DNA from: an uncultured Thermoleophilia bacterium
Lineage (GTDB): Bacteria > Actinomycetota > Thermoleophilia > UBA2241
DNA length: 64,000 nucleotides
Assembly: GCA_963798285.1 (NCBI GenBank)
Contig: CAWCSR010000003.1
Coordinates: forward strand, 947,268-1,011,267
Direction: 5' to 3'
Shown here: one piece after another, positions 23,239-35,378 of the stretch
How positions within the stretch are numbered: the first letter of the stretch is position 1
How the letters are laid out: each line of letters begins with the position of its first letter
The notes under the pieces: generated by a model
Databases searched by the model: none
Told to the model about the DNA's origin: nothing
Seen by the model: only the letters and a program-made list of their open reading frames with translations
Made by a program: the position numbers and the translations under genes

Positions 23239-24099
23239 TCAGACCTCCAGGTCGAGGGCCAGGTCGATCCAGGGAGCGCGCGTGGTGAGCGCTCCGACTG
23301 AGATGACGTCGACCCCAGCCTCGGCGAGCTCGCGCACGCGCTCGAGCCGAATGCCGCCGGAGACTTCGACGACGGCGCGCCCGGCCACACGCGCGACGGC
23401 ATCGCGCACCGTGGCGGTGTCCATGTTGTCGAGCAACACGATGGTCACGCCGGCGGCGAGCGCTTCGTCCAGTTGCTCGAGGGTGTCCACCTCGACCTCG
23501 AGCGCGTGCAGGTGCGCGGCCCCGGCGCGCACGAGCGCGACGGCGGCGGTGACGCCTCCGGCCGCCGCCACGTGGTTGTCCTTGATCATCGCGCCGTCGA
23601 ACAGGCCGAAGCGGTGCGGCGTGCCGCCGCCGTGCACCACGGCCTGCTTCTCGAGAGCGCGCAGGCCCGGAGTCGTCTTGCGCGTGGCGGCGATGCGCGC
23701 CTTCGTGCCCGCCGTCTCGGCGACGTAGGTCGCCGTGAGGGTGGCCACACCGCTCAGCCGGCAGAGGAAGTTGAGCGCCGTGCGCTCGGCGGCGAGTATC
23801 GCCGCCAGCGGGCCACGGAGCTCGGCGACGGCGTCGCCGGCGGTGAAGCGCTCGCCGTCGTGGATGAAGACCTCCACGGCGAGCGCCCCGTCCACCTGGC
23901 GCGCGGTCTCCTCGAGCGCGGCGACGCCGGAGAGCACACCGGCCTCGCGCGCCACCACGCGGGCGACGCCGTCGCCGCTGAAGACCGATCCGGTGAGGTC
24001 TCCGTAGCCGGCGAGGTCCTCGCGCAGGGCGCGCCGGACCGCCGCACGCGCCGCCTGCCGGTAGCCCCGCTCGGCGGCTTGCCAGTGACGGCCGCTCAT
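23239..24099 (-). CDS. nadC: nicotinate-nucleotide pyrophosphorylase (carboxylating) NadC
   Basis: QPRTase motifs: …ARIAATRKTTPGLRALEKQAVVHGGGTPHRFGLFDGAMIKDNH…IVLLDNMD…. Its stop overlaps the coaX start. Confidence 0.85.
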   Translation of the reverse strand: MSGRHWQAAERGYRQAARAAVRRALREDLAGYGDLTGSVFSGDGVARVVAREAGVLSGVAALEETARQVDGALAVEVFIHDGERFTAGDAVAELRGPLAAILAAERTALNFLCRLSGVATLTATYVAETAGTKARIAATRKTTPGLRALEKQAVVHGGGTPHRFGLFDGAMIKDNHVAAAGGVTAAVALVRAGAAHLHALEVEVDTLEQLDEALAAGVTIVLLDNMDTATVRDAVARVAGRAVVEVSGGIRLERVRELAEAGVDVISVGALTTRAPWIDLALDLEV

Positions 24100-25736
24100 C
24101 GTGGTCCCACCCGCCCGACACCTTCTTCGCGCTCGTGCGCCGGCAGCCGCAAGGTGATGTGCCGGCGCCAGCCGGCATCGTCCACCTCCGGGAAGTCGTC
24201 GCGCAGGTGCACGCCGCGTGACTCCTCGCGCAGGAGCGCGCACTTGGCGATCTGCGTCCCCAGCGTGAGCATGTTGAGCACCTCGTACTCGGCCTCACCC
24301 GGCTGCGCGAAGCGCAGCTCGGACGTGAGGCCGTTGAGCTCGTCCAGGGCCGTCTGCAGGCCGGTGGCGTTGCGCAGCACGCCGACCTGTTCCTGCATGA
24401 TGCCGGTGAGGCGGCTGCGTGCGGCGGCCGCGTCGGTCCTGCCGCCGCCTGTGGCCGCCTCGGGGATGTCGAAGCTCAGCCTGCGCACGTCCTCCCCCAG
24501 CCGCCCGATGTACCGGTCGAGGTCGCGCACCACGCGGTCGGAGAAGACGAGACCCTCGAGCAGCGAGTTGCTCGCGAGCCGGTTGGCGCCGTGGACGCCT
24601 GTGCTCGCCACCTCGCCGCTCGCGTACAGGCCGGGCACCGTAGTCCGTCCCCACACGTCGGTGACGACGCCGCCGACGAAGTAGTGGCAGACCGGCGCGA
24701 CCGGGATGAGTTCCGTCGCGAGGTCGAGTCCGTGGTCGCGCAGCCCCGCGGTGACGCTGGGAAACCGCTCGGCGAGCCACGCACTCTTGAGGTGCGTAGC
24801 GTCGAGGTAGACGTGGTCTGCGCCCTCGCGGCGCATCTCGGCGACCATGCCGCGTACGACGATGTCACGGGAGGCCAGCTCTGCTCGCGAGTCGTACTCG
24901 GTCATGAACCGTTCTCCGGCGGCGTTGCGCAGGTATGCGCCCTCGCCGCGGAGCGCCTCGGTGATGAGTTGCACCGTCTGCTGCCCAGGCACCGCCAGCC
25001 CGGTGGGGTGGAACTGCACGAACTCGAGGTCGCGGATGGCGGCGCCGGCGCGGTAGGCCATGGCGACGCCGTCGCCGGTGGCGACCGGCGGGTTGGTGGT
25101 GCGCCCGTACACCCGTCCCGCACCGCCGGTCGCGAGGATCGTGACCATGGCCACGTTCAGGGTCAGTCCCCCGTCGGCGAGGTTGAGTGTGAGCGCGCCG
25201 ACGCAGCGGCCGTCCACCGTGAGCAGATCGATGACGAACTCGTCTTCGTAGAGCTGGACGCGGCTGCCGAGGCGGGCGGCCTCGGCGAGGGCGCTGGAGA
25301 CCTCGCTCCCGGTGGCGTCGCCGCCCGCGTGCACGATGCGCGGCAGCGAGTGCGCGCCCTCACGGCCGAGCACGATCTGCCCGTCGACCTTGTCGAACCG
25401 CGGGCAGATCTCCATGAGCTCGCGGACGCGGTCCGGGCCTTCGTTCACGAGTACGCGCACGGCCTCCTCGTCGCAGAGGCCGGCACCCGCGCCCATCGTG
25501 TCCTGGAAGTGCAACTCGGGTGAGTCTTCTTCGCCGATCGCCGCGGCGATGCCGCCCTGGGCAAGGAACGTGGTGGTCTCTTCGAACGTCGACTTGGTCA
25601 GCAGGCCCACGCGCCAGCGGCGCGCGGCGCCGATGGCCGCGGTGAGGCCGGCGATGCCGCCGCCGAGGACGAGGACGTCGAAGCTCCGTCGGTGCAGCGG
25701 TTCACCGGAACGGGTAGCGACGTACGGACGCGTCAC
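24096..25736 (-). CDS. nadB: L-aspartate oxidase NadB
   Basis: FAD-binding DVLVLGGGIAGLTAAI…, succinate-dehydrogenase/fumarate-reductase flavoprotein fold, …RLASNSLLEGLVF…. ATGA overlap with nadC. Confidence 0.85.
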   Translation of the reverse strand: MTRPYVATRSGEPLHRRSFDVLVLGGGIAGLTAAIGAARRWRVGLLTKSTFEETTTFLAQGGIAAAIGEEDSPELHFQDTMGAGAGLCDEEAVRVLVNEGPDRVRELMEICPRFDKVDGQIVLGREGAHSLPRIVHAGGDATGSEVSSALAEAARLGSRVQLYEDEFVIDLLTVDGRCVGALTLNLADGGLTLNVAMVTILATGGAGRVYGRTTNPPVATGDGVAMAYRAGAAIRDLEFVQFHPTGLAVPGQQTVQLITEALRGEGAYLRNAAGERFMTEYDSRAELASRDIVVRGMVAEMRREGADHVYLDATHLKSAWLAERFPSVTAGLRDHGLDLATELIPVAPVCHYFVGGVVTDVWGRTTVPGLYASGEVASTGVHGANRLASNSLLEGLVFSDRVVRDLDRYIGRLGEDVRRLSFDIPEAATGGGRTDAAAARSRLTGIMQEQVGVLRNATGLQTALDELNGLTSELRFAQPGEAEYEVLNMLTLGTQIAKCALLREESRGVHLRDDFPEVDDAGWRRHITLRLPAHEREEGVGRVGPR

Positions 25737-25771
25737 GGCGCTCCCGTCAGCGCATCGTCATCGGTCACCGC

Positions 25772-26329
25772 TCACCCTTCCGTGGCGTCGTACAGCCTCA
25801 CGCGCTGGGTACGAGTGGTCTCCCGGCCCAGCCCGGCGACGTCGATGTCCGGCATGCCCCTGGCCTGCTCCCAGATCTCTGCGAGAGGTACCAGCACGAA
25901 CGCCCGCTTGACCATACGCGGGTGCGGAAGCGTGAGCTCGGGATCGTCGGACTCGGCGTCTTGGAAGAGCAGTATATCGATATCGAGCGTGCGCGGCCCA
26001 AAGCGAAGCTCGCGCACGCGGCCGTGCTCGCGTTCGATGCGCTGGCACTCGCGCAGCAGGTCCAGCGGCTGCAATGCCGTCTCGAGGCAGAGGACCTGGT
26101 TGAGGAACGCCTCCTGGTCGGCCAGGTCCTGCGGCGCCGTCTCGTACACGCGGGACTCGGCGACGACTCTCGTCGCCGGGAGCGCGTCGAGGGCGTCGCG
26201 CGCGACGCCCAGATACGAGACCCTGTCGCCCAGATTCGAGCCGAGCGACACAAAGACACGCCGGCCCGACGAGGCGCGGAGCCGCGCCCCTCCGGCGCCC
26301 CGCTCGACAGCGTGCCTGGGGCTATTCAT
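25772..26329 (-). CDS. folK: 2-amino-4-hydroxy-6-hydroxymethyldihydropteridine pyrophosphokinase FolK
   Basis: VFVSLGSNLGDR…VVAESRVYETAP…RFGPRTLDIDILLF…HPRMVKRAFVLVPLAE. Confidence 0.85.
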   Translation of the reverse strand: MNSPRHAVERGAGGARLRASSGRRVFVSLGSNLGDRVSYLGVARDALDALPATRVVAESRVYETAPQDLADQEAFLNQVLCLETALQPLDLLRECQRIEREHGRVRELRFGPRTLDIDILLFQDAESDDPELTLPHPRMVKRAFVLVPLAEIWEQARGMPDIDVAGLGRETTRTQRVRLYDATEG

Positions 26330-26694
26330 GAGGTCCGCACCACCTCGACCCGCGCCGCGTGCAGCGGCAGCGAGACCGGCGGGGCGATCTTGCTCACCGC
26401 CACCTCCACCAGGACGGGATCGAACTCATCCCACAACCCGTCGCAGATCACGGTGGCGAGCCGCTCCAGCAGGTTGAACTCGCCGCCCTCGACGACCCCC
26501 CGCACGTAGTTGACGATCTGGCTGTAGTTCACGGTGTCCTGGAGGTCGTCGCTCTGGCCGGAGCCCCGCTCCTGCGGGTCGAGGCGCACGTCCACGACCA
26601 GCGTCTGACCGATCGCGCGCTCCTCCACGGTGACGCCACAGCGCCCGCGCAGCTCGATGCCCTCGAGGATGATGGAGAGACTACGACGCGTCAT
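26326..26694 (-). CDS. folB: dihydroneopterin aldolase FolB
   Basis: LEGIELRGRCGVTVEERAIGQTLVVDVRL…TVNYSQIVNYV; 122 aa. Confidence 0.85.
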   Translation of the reverse strand: MTRRSLSIILEGIELRGRCGVTVEERAIGQTLVVDVRLDPQERGSGQSDDLQDTVNYSQIVNYVRGVVEGGEFNLLERLATVICDGLWDEFDPVLVEVAVSKIAPPVSLPLHAARVEVVRTS

Positions 26695-26724
26695 GGGGCG
26701 GCCTCCTTGCCGGCCCGCGGCCGG

Positions 26725-27567
26725 TCACGGGGCGGTGACGCCCTCGCGCACGGCGAGCGCGACCCGCAGGGCTTCGAAGTTGGGCTTGACGTCGTGCACG
26801 CGGAACACGTGCGCGCCGGCGAGGTAGCCGATGACCGTGGTGGCCACAGTGCCGGTGACCCGGTCGGCGGGCTCGACGCCGAGGATGGCGCCGAGAAACC
26901 GCTTGCGTGAGGCGCCCAGGAGGATCGGGCGGCCGAGCGCGGTGAACCGGGAGAGGCCGTCGAGCAGCGCCAGGTTGTGCGCCACCGTCTTGCCGAACCC
27001 GATGCCCGGGTCGATCATGATCTGCTCCTCGCGCACCCCGCGCGCCAGCGCGAAGGCGATGCGCTCCTCGAGGAAGCGGAGGACCTCGTCGACGACGTCG
27101 TCGTAGCGAGGGTCTTCCTGCATCGTCTTGGGCTGCCCCTTCATGTGCATCAGACACACGGGGCAGCCGCTCTCCGCGACCACGGAGGCCATCTCGTCGT
27201 CGTAGCGGAGCGCGCTGACGTCGTTGATGATGGCCGCCCCGGCGGCAAGTGCCCGGCGGGCCACCTCCGCCTTCATGGTGTCGACCGAGATGGGGACGCC
27301 GACGCTGCCGGCGAGCGCCTCGATCACCGGCAGCACGCGGCGCAGCTCCTCGTCCACGGAGACCGTCTCGGAGCCCGGCCGCGTGGACTCGCCGCCGATG
27401 TCGACGATGGAGGCTCCCTCACGCACCAGCGTGAGGGCCTGCTCCAGCGCGGCGTCGGCGGCGAGGAACCTGCCGCCGTCGGAGAACGAGTCGGGCGTGA
27501 CGTTCACCACGCCCATGATGGCCGGGAACGTCAGGTCGAGCGAGAACGTCGGCGCGGCCGGCTGCAT
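26725..27567 (-). CDS. folP: dihydropteroate synthase FolP
   Basis: [18 protein letters not shown]…[12 protein letters not shown]…ISVDT…IINDVSAL…DPGIGFGKT. Pterin-binding TIM barrel. Confidence 0.85.
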   Translation of the reverse strand: MQPAAPTFSLDLTFPAIMGVVNVTPDSFSDGGRFLAADAALEQALTLVREGASIVDIGGESTRPGSETVSVDEELRRVLPVIEALAGSVGVPISVDTMKAEVARRALAAGAAIINDVSALRYDDEMASVVAESGCPVCLMHMKGQPKTMQEDPRYDDVVDEVLRFLEERIAFALARGVREEQIMIDPGIGFGKTVAHNLALLDGLSRFTALGRPILLGASRKRFLGAILGVEPADRVTGTVATTVIGYLAGAHVFRVHDVKPNFEALRVALAVREGVTAP

Positions 27568-27578
27568 GGCCGTGTGCG

Positions 27579-28149
27579 TCAGTGCGGCGCGTTGATGAGG
27601 GCGAACACCTCGGCGCGCGTGGCCTCGCTGGTCTGGATGAGCCCGCGCACGGCGCTGGTGACCGTCTTGGAACCCGGCGTGCGCACCCCGCGCATGCTCA
27701 TGCAGAGATGCTCGGCTTCGATGAGCACGAGCGCACCAGTCGGGTTGCAGGGACGACTCGATGGCGTCCGCGACCTCGCTCGTGATCCGCTCCTGCAGCT
27801 GCGGCCGCGCCGCCACCTGGCGCACCACGCGGGCCAGCTTGCTCAGCCCGGCGATGTGGCCGTGGTCGCTCGGGATGTAGGCCACGTGCGCCTTGCCGTG
27901 GAACGGCAGCAGGTGGTGCTCGCAGATCGAGTAGAAGTCGATGTCCTTGATGAGCACCATCTCGCGATGGTGGTCGCCCGGGATCGCCTTGAGCAACTCC
28001 GCCGGATCGGGCGCGCCGATGCCGGAGAAGATGTCCACGTACATGTCCGCGACCCGCTGAGGCGTCTTCTGCAGCCCCGGACGGTCCGGGTCCTCGCCGA
28101 TCCCCTCGAGGATGAGGCGCACGCCGGTCTTGATCTTTTCGCTGTCCAC
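27579..28149 (-). CDS. folE: GTP cyclohydrolase I FolE (frameshifted at ~27748: extra C in a CCC run)
   Basis: …[25 protein letters not shown]…[18 protein letters not shown]… then, after the shift, …[28 protein letters not shown]… TGA at 27579..27581. Confidence 0.8.
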
Positions 28150-28181
28150 GTGTGTGAGAAGGTAGCCGTCGCCGGCGGTCA

Positions 28182-30379
<2,198 letters not shown>

Positions 30380-30474
30380 GGTGACCCTTCTGGACGGGTG
30401 CTGGCCCCGGGCCGGTTCGACGCCTCGATGTGCCTGCAAATCGACCGTCCGGTGACGGTAACATACCCTCCTGG

Positions 30475-31042
30475 CTACAGCAAAGAACCCGCCTGGTCGA
30501 CGATCTCGGCGGCTGCCTCGGGGGTCAGGACTCCGATGTAGTCGAGCGTGCGGAAGTGGTCGGCGAGGTCGAGGCCGTATCCGACCACGAACTTGTCGGG
30601 GATCTCGAAGCCGACGTAGCGGCAGGGGATCTCGGTGCGGCGCCGCGACGGCTTGGTGAGCAGCGCGCAGATCTCCAGCGACGCCGGCTTGCGGCTGCGC
30701 AGGTTCTTGAGCAGGTAGCTGAGCGTGAGGCCCGAGTCGATGATGTCCTCGACGATGAGCACGTCCCGCCCGGCGATCTCCAGGTCGAGGTCCTTGAGGA
30801 TGCGCACCACGCCCGACGAGTCGGTCGAGGAACCGTAGCTCGACACCGCCATGAAGTCGAGCGCCACCGGCACGTCGATGCGCCGGGCGAGGTCGGCCAT
30901 GAAGAACACGGCGCCCTTGAGCACGCCGACGAGGAGCAGTCTCCTTGCCCTCGTAGTCACGGGTGATCTGGGCGGCCAGATCGTCGACGCGGGCGGCCAG
31001 CGCCTCGCGGGCGACGAGTACTTCCTCGATCGGCACGTTCAC
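30475..31042 (-). CDS. hpt: hypoxanthine-guanine phosphoribosyltransferase Hpt (frameshifted at ~30940)
   Basis: …[18 protein letters not shown]…PRPP-binding [20 protein letters not shown] start overlaps the tilS stop. Confidence 0.8.
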
Positions 31043-32474
31043 GTTCCCTCCTGGACGACGTGCAGTGTCAAAACACTACTGTCTTCCACGCCGAAGGCCT
31101 GCGCAACCCTGCCGGGCGCGCCGCCGACCCAGGCCCCGCGCCCGTCGACGTCGAGCACCGGCGTCAGCGGACGCCGCTCGGCGCGGTACCCGCGCCGCGG
31201 CCAGGTAGCGCGCCAGCGTCGTCTCGCCGCCCAGGCCGAGCGGGGCGAAGCGCTCGCCGCGGCGCGGGTGGCGCAGCGTCACGCGCCGCGGCCGGCCGGC
31301 GAGGCCGGCGAAGACCTCGCCGGCGAGCGCGGCCTCACGGTCGAAGGCCGCGCCCGGGAGCAGGCGCAGCCTCCAGCGGCCGCCGCAGAAGCCGGCCACG
31401 AGGCCGGCCGAGCCGGCGGCGGCCAGCTCGGCGCCATCGAGGACCACCGGGGCGCAGACGTGTGCCGGGGCGCCCATGCGCAGGCGCAGCGCGCCCCGGG
31501 CACGCACGGCCTCGAGGCCCCGGCCGAGGCTCAAACGGCCGGCGTCGTCGGGGCGCGTGGCCAGACGTTCGAGAGCCCTCGACCAGGCGCCGTTCGACGA
31601 GCGCCTCCCCGCCCATGGCGTCGCGCACAAGGTCGTGGAGGACCAGCGCCCGCAGCGCCGGCGGCTCGGCGGCCAGCGCCGCAAGGTCGAGGGCGGCGAC
31701 CTCGCCGCGGCCCGCCGGCCGGGCCACGCGGGCGCGCGCCGCGGCCGCCGCCTCGGCCAGCACGTCGGCCTCGGCCGCCGCCTGCTCGGCCGACGCGGCC
31801 AGCGTCTCCGCGAGGCGCGGGTTGAGCGCCTCGAGCCGGGGCAGCACCTCGAGGCGCAGGACGTTGCGCGCGTACAGCGGCGCGGCGTTGGTCACGTCCT
31901 CGCCGTACTCGATGCCGGCGGCGCGGCAGTACTCCCTGATCTCCGCCGCCCCCAGACCGAGCAGCGGCCGCGCGAGGTCGCGCTCCCGCGGCCGCATCCC
32001 CACGAGCCCGCGCGGCGAAGCGTACTTGGCGAGCCGGTACAGGATCGTCTCGGCCTGGTCGTCGCGGTTGTGGGCGGTGACGATGACGGTGCAGCCGTGC
32101 GCCTCTGCGATCTTCCTCGCCAGGTCGTACCGCTGATCGCGCGCGCGCGCCTGGAAGTCCCGCCCGGAGAGGCGGCCGCGCAGACGCTCGACGTACAGCG
32201 GCACCTCCGCGCCGGCGCAGCCACGCGCGACGATCAGGCGGTCGCGGTCGGAGTCGGCGCCGCGCAGACCGTAGTCGACGTGCAGCGCCGAGAGCTGCAG
32301 GCGGAGTCCCAGGAGGCGGTCGACGGCGCGCACCAGAGAGAGCAGCGCCATCGAGTCGGCGCCCCCCGAGAGCAGCAGCAGGGCGTGCTCGCCGGCGCGC
32401 AGCGTCGCCGTCCGGGCCACGGACTCGGCGACCCGGCGCTGGAGTCGCAGGCAGGTGGCGGGCAGGCGCATCAC
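31039..32474 (-). CDS. tilS: tRNA(Ile)-lysidine synthetase TilS (frameshifts at ~31600 and ~31185)
   Basis: PP-loop LLLLSGGADSMAL. N-type ATP pyrophosphatase fold (TAHNRDDQAETILYRLA). C-terminal domain …GGETTLARYLAAARVPR… lies in shifted frames. Confidence 0.7.
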
Positions 32475-32689
32475 ACCGCCTCAGCGGGAGACGACGCGGT
32501 CGGTGCGGACCGCGGCCTCGGCAAGGTCGACGACCAGCAGGACGGACATGATGGCCTCCTTGACGCGAGCGCGCGGTGCGCGCCGGGGATGCGGCGAGCA
32601 TAGCAGAGGGTGCCGGAGCGGCCGCCTGTCGGCGGCCCCGCCGGCGCCCCGGCCCTCAGGGTCGCGCGCTGCGGACGAAGCGGCGAGCT

Positions 32690-33431
32690 CTACTCCGTCG
32701 CCTCGCCCGGGCCCGTCGTCTTGTCGCGCTCGGCGGCGGGCACCTCGAGCAGGTACCGGTACAGGAGCCCGCCGATGATGCCGCCGACGATCGGGAACAC
32801 GATGAACACCCAGAGCTGGCTGAGCGCCCAGCCGCCGACGAACAGGGCGGGGGCGAGCGAGCGAGCCGGGTTCACGGAGGTGTTGTCCACCGGGATGGCG
32901 ATCAGATGGATGAGGGTCAGCGTAAGACCGATGGCCAGCGGCGCGAGCCCCACGGGCGCGCGACGGTCTGTGACCCCGTGGATGACGAGCACGAACATGA
33001 GCGTGAGCAGGATCTCGATGACGATCGCCGACGTGAGGCTGTAGCCGGCCGGCGAGTGCGCGCCGTAGCCGTTGGCGGCGAAACCGTCGGAGAGGCTGAA
33101 GCCGGCCTTGCCGCTGGCGATCACGTACAGGACGGCGCTGGCAGCAGATGGCGCCGATCACCTGGGCCACCACGTAGATCGCGACCTTGCCGGCGGGAAA
33201 GCGTCCGCCGGCCCAGAGGCCGATGGTGATCGCCGGGTTGAAGTGCGCCCCTGAGATATGGCCGACGGCGTAGGCCATGGTCACGACGGTGAGTCCGAAC
33301 GCGAGCGCCACTCCGAGCCAGCCGATGCCGCTGTTCCCCACCGACGCCGCAAGGACGGCCGCGCCGGTGCCTCCGAAGACGAGCCAGAACGTGCCGAAGA
33401 ACTCGGCGACCGCGGCTTTGCCTGTGTTCAT
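32690..33431 (-). CDS. aqpZ: aquaporin Z / MIP-family channel (frameshifted at ~33125)
   Basis: First NPA box [16 protein letters not shown]. Second half …[14 protein letters not shown]… lies in another frame. Confidence 0.75.
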
Positions 33432-33592
33432 GTGCCCACCACCCAACTTCAGGAGTCGCCTACTCGTTATCGAGGGGGTGGTTACCCGGCGCTTGCGGTT
33501 CCTACCCACGGGCGTGGCTGAGAAGCACATGAGGCTCGCCGGCCGGCACGAGGCCAACAAAAAGGCGCCCGAATGGGCGCCCATGAAGGTGA

Positions 33593-33669
<77 letters not shown>

Positions 33670-33760
33670 ACGTTGGACGACAGATTGTATACGTAGTGAC
33701 ACTCGATTGTAAAGTTCCCGGCAGGGACTCCCTCCATGCGTGGCGTAAAGGGCGGGCGGG

Positions 33761-34891
33761 ATGTTCCGATACACTCCAGTGAAGATGGCCGGGAACGGGG
33801 CGACAGGCAGGGGACACGGTACACGCGCCGCGGCGTTCGCCGCGGGCGCGCTGCTCTGCCTGCTTGCCGCCGCGCTGGCCGCCGGCGCTCTCCTCCCCGC
33901 ACCGTCTTCCGCATCTCCGGGCTCCGTGGACGACCTGCAGGCGCAGGCGCGCAGCGTGAAGCGCGAGGTCGCGCGCCTCGACCAGCGCGCCGAGATCCTC
34001 ACCGAGAAGTACAACGTCGCGCGCGCCGAGCTCGACGCACTCAACATCCGCCTCGAGCAGATCCCGCAGCGACCTCACGCGCGCCCAGCAGCAACTGGAC
34101 GCGGCGCAGGCGCTGCGCGGCGCGCGCCTTGCGGCCATGTACAAGAGCGGCGACATACAGCGTGCTCGACGTCCTGTTCAACCTCACCAGCCTCGACGAT
34201 GCCGACACGCAGCTCGGCTACTTCCGCTCGATCAACGAGGCGGACGAGGACACGGTCGACCGCATCGCCACCATGGAGCATCAGGTCGAGGCGCTCACGC
34301 GGCAGATCGACGAGGACCGCGCCGACGCGCTCAAGAAGGAGATGGGCCTGCGCGGGCAGCAGGCGGCGATCGAAGACGAGCTCGCCGCGCGCCAGACGCT
34401 GCTCGCCGACCTCGACGCGCGGGTCAAGAAGCTCCTCGCCCAGCAGGCGCGCCTGGACGCGGCCGCCTCGGCGCGCCTGGCCAGCGCGGCCGGCGTCGAC
34501 CTCGCGACCATCTCCGGCACGGCCGGCGCAGATCGCCGTCGTCAAGGAGACGATGAAGTACCTCGGCATCCCCTACGTGTGGGCCGGGGCCACGCCCTCG
34601 GGCGGCTTCGACTGCTCGGGCCTCGTCCTCTACGTGTACGCCAGGTTCGGCGTGGACTTCCCGCACGGCGCCACCATGCAGGCACACATGGGCACTCCGG
34701 TGCCGCTCTCGCAGGCGCAGCCGGCCGACCTCGTCTTCTTCGGCTACCCGGCCTTCTACCACCACGTCGGCATCTACATCGGCAACGGCCTGTTCATCGA
34801 GGCGCCGCACACCGGCGACGTCGTCAAGGTGAGCCAGCTCGCCGGCCGCGGCTGCTCGCTCATCTGCCGCTACCCGATCAGACTGCCCTGA
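33761..34891 (+). CDS. NlpC/P60-family peptidoglycan endopeptidase with N-terminal coiled coil (RipA-like); 2–3 frameshifts
   Basis: Signal peptide. Coiled-coil region (…[70 protein letters not shown]…). C-terminal NlpC/P60 domain [26 protein letters not shown]…[21 protein letters not shown]. Confidence 0.7.
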   Translation: MFRYTPVKMAGNGATGRGHGTRAAAFAAGALLCLLAAALAAGALLPAPSSASPGSVDDLQAQARSVKREVARLDQRAEILTEKYNVARAELDALNIRLEQIPQRPHARPAATGRGAGAARRAPCGHVQERRHTACSTSCSTSPASTMPTRSSATSARSTRRTRTRSTASPPWSIRSRRSRGRSTRTAPTRSRRRWACAGSRRRSKTSSPRARRCSPTSTRGSRSSSPSRRAWTRPPRRAWPARPASTSRPSPARPAQIAVVKETMKYLGIPYVWAGATPSGGFDCSGLVLYVYARFGVDFPHGATMQAHMGTPVPLSQAQPADLVFFGYPAFYHHVGIYIGNGLFIEAPHTGDVVKVSQLAGRGCSLICRYPIRLP

Positions 34892-34948
34892 CGCACGGGC
34901 GCACGGCGCGCACTGTCGCCGCCGCGCGCGACACGGTACACTGCCGTC

Positions 34949-35302
34949 ATGCCTTGGTACGTCATCCTCATCGTCGCTCTCGCGAGCCTCGCCGTCGTCA
35001 TCGGCGGGCTCGCGTGGATCGCACTCAAGGCGTGGCGGCTCGCCAAGCACGGCGCCGCGGTCACCGGCCGCGTCACCCCGCTGGTCGACGGCCTCAGCCG
35101 GCGGGCCGACGAAGCCGCGGCGGCAGCGGAGCGCCTCTCCGCGAACGCGCAGCAACTCGGCGCCAGCGTCACCAGGTTGCAGTACTCCCTGGCGCGCCTG
35201 CAGGTCATCACGCTCAGCATCAATGATGCCCTCCGCCCCTACTACATCATCTCGGGGTGGCTTTCCGGCGACCGCGAGTGGGGCGACCTGGGCCGCTTCT
35301 GA
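34949..35302 (+). CDS. hypothetical small membrane protein (N-terminal TM helix plus a coiled region)
   Basis: MPWYVILIVALASLAVVIGGLAWIAL…; 117 aa. No family was recognised. Confidence 0.4.
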   Translation: MPWYVILIVALASLAVVIGGLAWIALKAWRLAKHGAAVTGRVTPLVDGLSRRADEAAAAAERLSANAQQLGASVTRLQYSLARLQVITLSINDALRPYYIISGWLSGDREWGDLGRF

Positions 35303-35378
35303 CGAGCTCGTCCGTACGCAGACGGGCCCGGGACCCTCTCAGCGAGAGTCCCGGGCCCGTCTTCGTTCGCCGCCCTGC